NCBI RefSeq assembly: GCF_964213995.1
Contig: NC_135825.1
Coordinates: 12,524,001 to 12,588,000, forward strand
DNA: 64,000 nt
Direction: 5' to 3'
Source of the DNA: Mustelus asterias
Lineage: Eukaryota
Below, piece by piece: positions 12,301 to 24,300 of the stretch. The position numbers and the translations under genes are program-made. Each line of letters begins with the position of its first letter. Within the stretch, counting starts at the first letter, position 1. Under the pieces are notes generated by a model. That model worked only from the letters and a program-made list of their open reading frames with translations. It was not told the DNA's origin and did not search any database.

Positions 12301-15300
12301 AGAATCTATCTGTGCTGCATCTCTCTTCGGAAAGCTGGTTTCAAAATGTAACATTTGACAGTGTTTTTACCAAACCCCCTGATCGTTGCAAAAACAGAAA
12401 AATGCTGCAAAATCTCAGCAGGTCTGACAGCATGTGGAGAGAGAATAGCGCCAACATTTCGAGTCTAGATGACCCTTGGTCAGAGCTGGCGAAGGGTCAT
12501 CTAGACTCGAAATGTTGGCTTTACTCTTGCTCCACAGGTGCGCTCAGTCCTGCAGAGGTTTTCCAGCATTTTTCTGTTCTTGTTTCAGATTCCAGCATCC
12601 GCAATATTTTGCATTTATCTCCTGATTAGCCCAGCACCAAAGAAACACACTTGCTAATATTCTGTGTCAAATGAAATACTTTCAGATTAAAAAATGGGTC
12701 TGTTGCAATCAGCAAAGTGGATGGAACCCATTCCGCTCTGTCGAAATTAAGTTAACTGGAAGCTGACGGTCTCTGGTTTTGGGTTTTACTAAGTTTATTG
12801 GAAAACTGCCCATTTCAGAAGGTGCTTCGAGATTTGGTAAATAGGTGCAGATTTTTTATTGTACAGCAAGGTGAAGAAGTAAAAACTCACACAATTCTGA
12901 TCATCATTGCCTTACATTCAAAACTCATTGGCTGCCTCATGACACCAGCGGTAATCAGCTCAGACCAGGGGCTCTATATATTGTTCGAGAGCATTAAGCA
13001 GCAAAGAACAATAGTTATTAAGAATAACTATAGTTTAACAATGTAAACCTGGACAAACGTATCTCAAAATCTCATTCAACATATGTGATCAGGACATGAG
13101 TTTGCAACACCTGTTTCCTGTGCTGCACACCAACCTTTTTCCAACCCACAACCTAAAATATCTAGTTCCTCATCAGAATGGAGAGAGCTCCAGACACATA
13201 GGGTGTGATCTTACCACCTGTTCACGCCACGCTCCCACTGCAGCGGGAAGGGAAAATCTTACTGGCATGAGCAGTCGGAAACTTCCGGCCGTAGTTCCGT
13301 TCCAGGACGACACAACTCACGTCTCACATAATGGATTGTAACAGGTTTGGAAATTTAAAAGGCTGAATGTGCCAATTCAGTGTAAGAGCTTTAACTGTTT
13401 ACATGCTGATTGCGAAGAACTCAGTCAGACAGATTTCACTCAGTTTCCACAGGAAACACTTTCCGTTCGGTTGAAATTAAGTTCACTGGAAATTGATGGT
13501 CTTTGGTTTTGAGTTTTAATAATTTTATTGGAAAACTGCCCATTTCAGCAGGTGCTTCGAGATTTGCGAAATAGGCACAAATCTTTTATTATACAGGAAG
13601 CTGCAGCAATAAAAACTCACACAATTCTGATCATCACTGACTTACATTCAAAAGTGAATGCGTGGACACTCGACACGAGGAAGAAATTTCCCAATGGGGC
13701 CTCATAAGGGTCTTGTTGCCATGCCAACTGGGGTTTTCAGTTGGCAATGCAGACAGGCCACATTGCCCGGTCTGGATCAGGGTCAGGCAGCTGTGGGATT
13801 TTCAAGGATAAAGTAAACTCACCCGGGCTTGCCCCTCGCTGTCTCCATTCTCAGATCAGCAACTCCCACCTCAGCCAGGTGAGACCCTCCAGCACCAGGA
13901 CCCCACCCACTCTCCCTGATTGGATGGTGAGCTCAGTCCCTGGCCTTTAATTGGCTGGAGCAGTGGAGATAGCAATGGGCATGCCTAAAGTGTGACGTGC
14001 GGTGTCTGGACCCAGACTGTCTCCCGTGTCCCGTTCCCAAACCCTGATTAAATATTTTTTTTAATTCATTCACGGGAGTTGAGCATCGCTGGCTGGCCAG
14101 TATTCATTGCCCATCCCTAGTTGCCCTTGAGAAGGTGATGGTGAGCTGCCTTCTTGAATCGCTGCAGTCCACATGCTGTGGGTTGATCCACAATGCCATT
14201 CGGGAGGGAATTCCAGGATTTTGACCCAGCGACTGCGAAGGAACGGCGATATATTTCCAAGTCAGGATGGTGAGTGGTTTGCAGATGGTGGTGTTCCCAT
14301 GTATCTGATGCCCTTGTCCTTCTGGATGGAATCAGTCATGGATTTGGAAGGTGCTGCTAAGGATCTTTGGTGAATTGCTGATCTTGTAGATGGTAAACAA
14401 TGCTGCTACTGAGTGTCGGTGGTGGAGGGAATGGATGTTTGTGCATTTGGTGTCAATCAAGCGGGCTGCTTTGTCCTGGATGGTGTCAATTGTGTTGGCA
14501 TCCACCCCATGGAGGGGTAGATGTCAGATTCCAACATGGCTGACCATGCCTGAGATTCTGAAGGGCAGAAAGTGGGAGAGTGTTTGATTTTTAGATGTTC
14601 GGTCAGTATCTAAATGTTTGTTTCTCCCCCACAGAACCCGTGTCTGTTCCTGCACTTAAATTTCTATCACCATCAAATGCCTCATGTTCTGGGGGCTCAG
14701 TGTCCGTCTCCTGTGAGTCTGTCCAGGGATCACTTCCCATTCGGTACACATGGTATGAAAAGACCCCGTCTGAAGATTCAAAGATCTCTGACGCCAATAA
14801 ACTGGATCTACATTGTCAATCCTTCACACAGCAACATCATCAATATTACTGCACAGCCTCAAATAACCAGGGAGAAAAATCCAGTGAAATGGTGAATGAG
14901 TCAGTGATCAACAGACCAGGGGAGAATTGCAGTTATGTGATACAAATAAACAGCATTGGTAAGTGTGACTGTAAATAAACCATTTGGTGATTGAATTTTT
15001 GAAGAAATGTTTCTCTCATAAGAGTTTCCGGCCAGAACGGGATTTGCACCCACAGTGGACAGGCCCAAATAATCACCCGTCCCCCACCCCTACCCCCACC
15101 TCCACAATGTCTAACTCTTGTGTCTGGATGGTGAATGATGTCAGAGACAAAAGAACAAAGGGAGGAATTAGGAGCATGTAACTAACGCAAATCGATATGG
15201 GACGTGTGTAATGCCCAACTCAAATAAGATGACAAACAAGTTCAATAATCCTTTATGAAAGAAGAGTGAAGAAAGCAAATTAATGAGGGTATGAGGAAAG

Positions 15301-18300
15301 GACAATGAAATGAGGTTAACTGGGGAGATCTTCCAGTGAACCAGCATTAAAGTGATGGCAGAATCTCCTCCCTCTGGGCTAGAAAATTCCATCATTCCAG
15401 AAAATTACCTTGTCCTAAAAATTAAATGTTTCAAATTCCACCCCCCCCCCCCCACCCCCCGCCCCCACCCCCGCAAAAAATATCCCTGCTTACAAAGAAC
15501 AAATAAAAGTACAGCACAGGAACAGGCCCTTCGGACATTCATCCCCTGCCAATCATGATGCCCCAACTAAATTTTTTTTAAAACCTTCTGTCCTTACTCA
15601 GTCCATATCCCTCCATTTGGTCCCTATTCATGCACCTATCCAGATGCCTCTTAAATGTTGTTAATGTGCCTGCTTCCACCATCTCCTCTGGCAGCGCGTT
15701 CCAGGCACCCACCACTCTGCATGAAAAACTTCCCCCAAACATCTCCCTTAAACTTTCTCCCCCTCACCGTGAATCTGTGCCCCCTTGTAATTGACACTTC
15801 CGCCTTGCAAAAAAGCCTCTGACTATCCACCCTGTCTATGCCACTCATAATTTTGCAGACCTCTATCAGGTCTCCCCTCAGCCTCCGTCTTTCCAGTGAA
15901 AACAATGCTAGTTTATTCAATCTCTCCTCATGGCCAACACCCTCGAGACCAGGCAACATCCTGGTGAACCTTCTTTGCACTCTCTCCAAAGCTTCCATGT
16001 ACATCTGGTAGTGTGGCGACCAGAACTGCACGCAATACTCCAAATGCGGCCTAACCAAGGTTTTATATAGCTGCAACATGATTTCCCAACTCTTGTACTC
16101 AGTGCCCCGGCCGATGAAGGCAAGCATGCCATATGCCTTCTTAATCACCTTGGCCACCTGTGTTGCCACTTTTAGCGAACTGTGGACCTGCACGTCCAGG
16201 TCTCTTTGTATGTTAATGTTCCTGAGGGCTCTACCATTGACAGTGCCATTCATGCCTGAATTTGATCCTCCAAAATGCATCACCTCGCATTTGTCCGGAT
16301 TAAACTCCATCTGCCATTTCTGTGTGCAAGTCTCCAGTCTATCTATATCTTGTTGTATCCTCTGACAATCCCCGGCACTATCAGCAACTCCACCAACCTT
16401 TGTGTCATCCATAAATTTACAAATCAGACCACCCACATTTTCCTCCAGATCATTTATATATACTACAAACAGCAGAGGTCCCAGCGCTGATCCCTGTGGA
16501 ATACCACGAGCTACAGATCTCCATTCTGAAAAACACCCTTCCACTTTAGTCTATGTGAATGTTGCAGTTTTGTTTTCTGCAGAGTGGGAGGAACACGTTT
16601 CCCAGTGGTTGTTCTGGTTAAAAACAAGCGCAAAATGGCCAGAAAGCGAAGAGAATTCCATTTGCCACTGGAGATTGTAAGAACTGCAAAAGCAAAGCTA
16701 TTTCTTTCTTACATTTTGGAACAAATGATTTACTAAAATGCTCTAAGATAATCAATGCCGACTGGAGGGTGGTTGGAGGAAGGGTGGATAGGAGAGGGTC
16801 TCCCACCGGCAACGTGGACCATTATAATTAAACTGGTTTGTGGTGTTCACGGCCAGTGAGTGAAGATTCCCTGCGTGACTGCAAGCTCAGAATACTGACC
16901 CCAAGTGACAGGAAATGACCGTTCTCAATGATGGCAAGTGACGGTTTAATGTCTTGATGAGAAATTGATGACAAAAAGGGGAATCTCTGGATTGAAATTC
17001 ACCAATCTGAGCTCATTACCTGACCCATGAGTAACTGTCTACCACCAACTCTCAGATATGGGAAATAAAATGAAATTTCCAGTAAAAATTGGCCAGATAT
17101 CAGCCGCTTCTCTATTGCGACCAGACGGGGGGATAATTACACAGAAATCAGACCTTTCCTCAAGCACTGAAGTTCCATTTCACAATGACGCTCTCTCAGT
17201 TGACTACAAGTGAAAATGAGGTGAATCTGAATGTTATTCTTATGTTTCAACAGAACCTAAATATTCATGTGAAGTTTCTACAACAGAATCACCAACTACA
17301 ACACATTCCACAAGTACAAATATCATTTCCACTGGTAGCTACAGCGAATCTTCAGAGTTGGAAAATGATGAAAGGTACAATGTTCTCATTGGGGGTGTAC
17401 TGATTAGCACGGATTTCTATGTAACGGATGAAATGTTCTTTAACACATTTGGCCTAAAGGAGACAACGTTGTTTATTGTTTTGTAATGTGGCTGATCAGA
17501 ATGGAAATGGTGGCCGGGCTCACATCGTGCTGTTGTGTCAGCATTCTAATGAAGGTCCAATTCTTTGTCATTGGAAATTACAAATAAGGGGCAGAATTGT
17601 CTTGCCCAGTGTTTCCCACTGCACAGCTCAATGGGAAGCCAGGCCTTATCTTCCATCCAATAGGGTGGCATGGTGGCACAGTGGTTAAAACTGCTGCCTC
17701 ACAGCGCCAGGGACCCAGGTTTGATTCCCGGCTTGGGTCACTGCCTGTGCGGAGTCTGCACACTCTCCCCATGTCTGCATGGGTTTCCTCTGGGTGCTCC
17801 GGTTTCCTCCCACAGTCCAAAAGACGTGCTGGTTAGGTGCATTTGCCATGCTAAATTCTCCCTCAGTGCACTCAAACAGGCGCCAGAGTGTCGCAACTAG
17901 GGGATTTTCACAGTAACTTCATTGCAGTGTTAATATAAGTTTCCCTATGACTAATAAATAAACTTTAATTTTTTTTTACTGTGCAATTAATTTTGTATCT
18001 GGGGGTTTTGCACCATCTTCCCTGGCAGGGTGGGCTTGAGGGCATGTGTCCCACTATCATATCCGGGTGACATATTGTAAGGGCATCAGGTATCACTGAG
18101 TTATCATTGAAGAAAGAGGATGGATCTCTTGAAGAAAGAAAATGGACCTCCAGAAACACTCTGAGGCTGGAAGATGGACAGTGTCACTGATGCTGGAAGA
18201 CCCACCTGATAGATGCTTCGCCCACCCATTGATATGGTGTTCCAGGAGCCAGGGTCACGAGCGGACTCCATCACAACCTCTGAAGGCAGCCCCAGGCCTT

Positions 18301-21300
18301 GTTCAGGTCTTGAATTTTCATGCCACGCTGGACCAGACGTGTTCTGGACTGGTGTGTGTGTTCCCACTGGCATAGCAGAGAATTGGACATCGGGGGGAGT
18401 TTCCAGTTGGCCTTTCATTTGCATCCCAGCAGCGAGATGCAGCTTAGTTACATGCCTGCCTCCAGTGGGATTCCTGATCTGTTTTGTTGGGCGGGCGTAA
18501 TTGAAAGATCCTGGGTGGGATTCTCCGGCCACACCCGTCCCAAAACTGGAGAATCCCGCCCGAGTTTAATGGACCTTTGTGTGGTCCCCCCCCACCTCTC
18601 ACCCCAACCCCCCACTGCCCGCTACGATTCCCGTGGCGGGCGGGATGGAAGAATTTACCCTCCCTCGCTTTAAATTTACGCTGGGATGAAATTCATTTTT
18701 GCATCTCCCGCCAAATTTTCCCTTCTCCCACCCACCATTGATCCCGCCAGGATGGGGGTGAGCATGGGAGAACTCCACACATAGAGTGAGCGTCTGTATT
18801 GTGTTGGCTTTCAGGTGGTGTTTTTTGCATTTGTTACCTTGGTCAACTCACCGGTAACCTTGGCCGGAATTCTCCAATCTCACCCGCGGCCGGAATTATC
18901 CAGTCCCACTGCTGTGAATGGAGATTTGGCCGAGCGCCAAATTTTCCATTCTCACCGGCAGTGGTTCCAGGGTGCGCGAGACCGGAGAATTTGAGCTCTA
19001 ATCTCACGGTGTGTGATGAGTTGGTATCAAGCTTACATTGCCGCGATCTACACTGACAGAGTAGTTGCTTTTCTGCTGGTGACAGGGAGGAATTAGGGTG
19101 ATTTATCCAAACAATCACTGGAATCGCTGGTATGTGGGAAGCATCTTGCAGCATTGGGGTCTTATTCCCATTTTATTAACTCAAGCTGTCTGCAATCATC
19201 AGCACAATTGTGCTCTGATATGAACATTGAGGAATTGGGTCTTTGAAGTTACCATGGTGATAAAGAATAAACACCAACTAAATGTCCAGCGGAGACTGTT
19301 GGAAACAGACAGCCGGTAAATCCGCACCTGAGGAGATAATAGACACATTTATCATTTGGGTGTGGACACTTCACGCCCGAACCTAAACAAATCCATTCAC
19401 CCCACAGATGCCGACTGACCAGGTGAGATATCCCAGAAACTTCTGTTTTTCATTCACATCTCTGGCACATGCAGTGTATTTATTTTGAACCAGATTAGCA
19501 TTAATAATGTGAGAAGGGAACTTTACAGGAATAGGGCCTGGGTGGGACTGTGGTCGGTGCAGACCCAATGGGCCAAATGGCCTCCTTCTGCACTGTAGGA
19601 TTCCATGATATGTTTTCTATGCAGTATTGAATGATTATGGATTTTACTTGATGACATTTCTCTGTGTCTGTTCTGTTGTATAAATTTAACAATGATGGTC
19701 ATCTGAATATAAGATCTATATCGTGTATGAAAGTGTTGTTGCTTCTATTTTTTCACAGATGATAAGGTGAAATTTCCTGAGTGTATTAAGCAGAGCTCAG
19801 TACTGCACTGTCACTGACTGTGTCAGAGGTTGTGGCTTCACTTCCCCTGCAGAGGATGAGCACATTAACTCAGGTGGACGTAACAGATCCCATGGTGTCA
19901 TTCAGAGAAGAGAAGGCCAGTTCTCCCTGAGCAATATTCAGCCCTAAAAGAGTCATCCTGACTCGAAAGGTTAACTCTGCTCTTCTCTCCACAGATGCTG
20001 CCGGACCTGCTGAGAATTTCCAGCATTTTCTGTTTTTAAAACAATGTATTTGCCCATTTATCTAATTGTTGTTTGTGGGAGCAGGCTGTGTGCAAATAAA
20101 ATTGCCAGGTTTGTCACGTTACAACAGTTCCTGTGCACCAAAATGATTTCATTGTCTGTAAAGTGCTTTGGGATGTCCTGAGGGAATTAAAACAACTTTA
20201 TGAATGCCACCCTTGAAATATTTCTTTAACCGAATGGCCATGAATCAATTGTGAACCTGCACTGACCCTTTCCTATTCTCTGTATCACAGTCTGATTCAC
20301 ATTGTGGTCGCAGTGCTGGGGGCCATTCTTATCGTGTTGGTTGTTTCTCTCCTGTTGTACCTGAGGCAAAACAACAAGGGTGAGATTTTATTTCTCTTTA
20401 ATCATTTCATTATATGTCAGTAACTTGTCACAGAAAATAAAGAATATATAAGTTGTTATATGAATCAATAAACAGCTATGATTGTGGTATTCTCATCCTA
20501 GTCAAAACAAATTGAACATGGAAGAATAATTCAGTTGCATATCTTTTGATTTGATTTGATTCATTATTGTCATATCTGTTGGGATATAGTGAAAGTATTG
20601 TTTCTTGCATGCTATACAGACAAAGCATACCCAAAGCACACGCACTCTCTCGTTTCCTTCTCTTTAAACAGTATGTTTTGTCCGTATAGCGCGCAAGAAA
20701 CAATGCTTTTCACTATATGCTAATACACGTGACAATAATAAATCAAATTAAATCAAATCAAATCAAGATCATAGAGTACATTGGGGAGAAGGAAAGGAGA
20801 GAGTGCAGAATATAATGTTACAGTCATAACTAGAGTGCAGAAAAAGATCAACATAATATATGGTAAGTCCATTCAAAAGCAGAGAAGAAGCCGTTCTTGA
20901 GTTGGATGGTCCGTGATATCAAACGGTTGGTACATGAATATTAAGAACTTAAGAACATAAGAACTAGGAGCAGGAGTAGGTCATCTGGCCCCTCGAGCCT
21001 GCTCCGCCATTCAATAAGATCATGGCTTCACGGACTCAGCTCCACTTACCCTCCCGCTCACCATAACCCTTAATTCCTTTACTGTTCAAAAATGTATCTA
21101 TCCTTGCCTTAAAAACATTTAATGAGGTAGCCTCAACTGCTTCACTGGGCAGGGAATTCCACAGATTCACAACCCTTTGTGTGAAGAAATTCCTCCTCAG
21201 CTCAGCCCTAAATCTGTTCCACCTTATTTTGAGACCATGCCCCCTAGTTCTAGTTTCACCGCCAGTGGAAACAACTTCCCTGCTTCTATCTTATCTACTC

Positions 21301-24300
21301 CCTTCATAATCTTATGTGTTTCTAAAAGATCTCCCCTCATTCTTCTGAATTCTAATGAGTATATATTGTTATATATTTGTATTAATTCTCCCAATCACAT
21401 CAATTACAATAAGGTGCAGTCAAATCCAGGACAGATATTTCCTCTTCAAGGGCATTAGTTTGTGAGTCAGGTGAACAATATCGGAACATTTGTTTGTTGA
21501 GTCAAGCTGTTTCTCGGTTCGTTCCAGAGGCGAGTGTCGTTACAGAGCCCGGTTTAAACAGGTTCCGCTGAGTTGTTTGCTCTGCTGTTTGCTGAACAAA
21601 TAGATGACTTTGCTGTCCAATAAACTAGGCCAGCCCACCTCCAACTCCCACTGTGGTGTCAGCAGACACTCTGGACTGAGGGTCCAACTGCAACTCTGTC
21701 TTCATGGGATTTGAGTGAGTGAGAATTGGGCCTCTCACTTCTCCATGTGATGTCTTATTTGCCTTTCCAACGATGACACAACATAACAGAACTCATTCGT
21801 AGGATTGAGTGGATCAATCTATGTGTCATTAAATCCTAAACATACAAGAGTTAATTTTCACATTCACATCCTGGTTGTTAATCTGACAGAATGCAGCTTT
21901 ATTTATTTATTTATTAGTCACAAGAAGGCTGACATTCGCACTGCAATGAAGTTACTGTGAAAGTCCCCTAGTCACCACACTCCGGCGCCTGTTTGGGTAC
22001 ACTGAGAGAGAATTTATCATGGTCAATGCACCGACCCAGCACATCTTTCAGACTGTGGGAGGAAACTGGAGCACCCGGTGGAAACCCATGCAGACACGGG
22101 GAGAACGTGCAAACCCCACACAGACAGTGACCTGAGCCGGGAATCGAAGATGGGTCCCTGGCGTTGTGAGGCAGCAGTGCTAACCATGAATGGTGGAGCA
22201 GGCTTTGCACTGACCTATGTGGCAAACAGCTCTTGCTCAAGAATAGAATCTCTCCAGTGCAGAAGGAGGCCACTTGGCCTATCAAGTCTGCACCAACCCT
22301 CCGACAGAGTATCTTCCCCAGGCTCTAACATTACGTATTTACTCTGCTAATCCCCCTGAACTACACATCTTTGGATACTAATGGCAATTTAGCATAACCA
22401 ATCCACCTAACCCACACATCTTTGAAATGTGGGAGGAAACTGGAGCACCCGGAGGAAACCCATGCAGACATGGGGAGAATGTGCAGACTCCACACAGACA
22501 GTGACCCAAGCCGGGAATCAAACCCGGGTCCCTGGCGCTGTGAAGCAGCAGTGCTAACCACTGTGCCAGCGTGCCACCCAAATCAATGTGATGAAATTTG
22601 GGTGCCTTCTTCACAGACGGTCTGTTTTGTCAGACAGTGAGGGTGAAATCTATCTCTAATTGTCATGAATATTATGCATAATTATCAGTCCAATTCTTGA
22701 CTCCATGTTGGGGAACATGGGCGCGATGTAGGTGATTTACATCAACATAGATTTTATGTTTTTAGGGTGAATTTTACTGTCCCGCCCACGCAGACACGGG
22801 GAGAACGCGCAGACTCCTCACAGACAGTGACCCAAGCCGGGAATCGAACCCGGATCCCTGGCGCTATGAGACAGCAGTGCTAACCCACTGTGCCACCGGA
22901 AGATTATGCACATTTGCAGCTCATGTTCAATTTAGAGGTTTTAAACATTAACCATTCCTGCTGCAGCTCTTTCAACAGTTATATTATAATTTTTCAGGCT
23001 CAAGTGGCATTCTATATTGCCGAAGAGACAAAGCTCCTCGTGATAATCTGGTAAGGATAATAAGTATGAATATGAATAATTGGAAATTTCCAAAGCTGGA
23101 TGATACAGAATTTGCTGAGAATTTACAGCAGGAATGGGCCATTCAGCCCACCTGCTCGATGCTGGTCTTTTACTCCATTTGAGCCTCCTCCCACCCCTCT
23201 CCATCTCACACTATCTGCATATCCTTCTGTCTCTTTCTCCTTTGAGTGATTATCTGGCCTTCCCTGTCATGCAGTAATGCTAAATGACTCAATTGACAGG
23301 GATGGGATAAGGAATTCAGGAGAAACATCTTTACCGAGAGAGTGTCACTCTCTGAGATTCATTACCTTAAAAGGTTAGTTGAAGTAAATAGCATAAATAC
23401 ATTCAGGGGGAAGCTGAATAAATAGTTGAGGGGGAAAAGAAATGGAAAGGGTTAGACAAAGAGGGGAAGGCTTTGAGGATGACGCAAAGCTGGGTTGGAA
23501 GGTGAGCAGTGAGGAGGATGCAGAGATGCGTCATTGTGTCTTGGACAAATTGAGTGAGTGAGCAAATGCATGCAGACACAGTATAATTTGGATAAATGTG
23601 AGGTTATCCACTTTGGTAGCAAATACAGGAAGGTAGATTATTATCTGAATGGCTATAGATTGGGAGAGGAGATTGTGCAACAAGACCTGGGTGTCCTTGT
23701 ACACCAGTCGCTGAAAGTAAGCAAGCAGGTGCAGCAAGCTGTGAAAATGGCAAATGGTATGTTGGCCTTCATAGCAAGGTATGGAGATGCCAGCGTTGGA
23801 CTGGGGTGGGCACAATAAGAAGTCTCACAATACCAGGTTGAAGTCCAACAGGTTTATTTGGAAACATTAACTTTCGCAGCGCTGCTCCTTCCTCATGTGA
23901 GTCCACCTGATGAAGGAGCAGCGTTCCGAAAGCTCGTGATTCCACATAAACCTGTTGGACTTTAACCTGGTGTTGTGAGACTTCTTACTATTCATAGCAA
24001 GAGGGTTTGAATACAAGTGCAGGAATGTCTTGCTGCATTTATACGGGGCCTTGGTGAGACCACACCTGGAATATTGTGTGTTGTTTGAGTCACCTTATCT
24101 GAGGAAGGATGTTCTTGCTATGGAGGGAGTGTAGTGAAGGTTAACCAGACTGATTCCTGAGATGGTGGGACTGACAGATGAAGAGAGATTGAATTGCTTA
24201 GGATTCTGGAGTTTAGAGGAATGAGGGGGGAATCTCATAAAAACCTATTAAAATTCTAACAGGACTAGGCAAGGTAGATGCTTGAAGGAATTCCCCAATG

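Noticed and set aside
16583-16620. Acceptor-like tttctgcag in gene 1 intron 3
   Set aside because: No good donor, no counterpart in gene 2, and not needed for frame.
17185-17403. ORF MTLSQLTTSENEVNL... conserved at 52071-52265
   Set aside because: Wrong-frame overlap of the stalk exon. The splice-compatible frame gives the S/T-rich stalk.
19020-19510. Highly similar intron-4 block (vs ~52980-53500) as a possible extra exon
   Set aside because: No paired splice sites with a conserved open frame found. The stalk and TM exons already join in phase.
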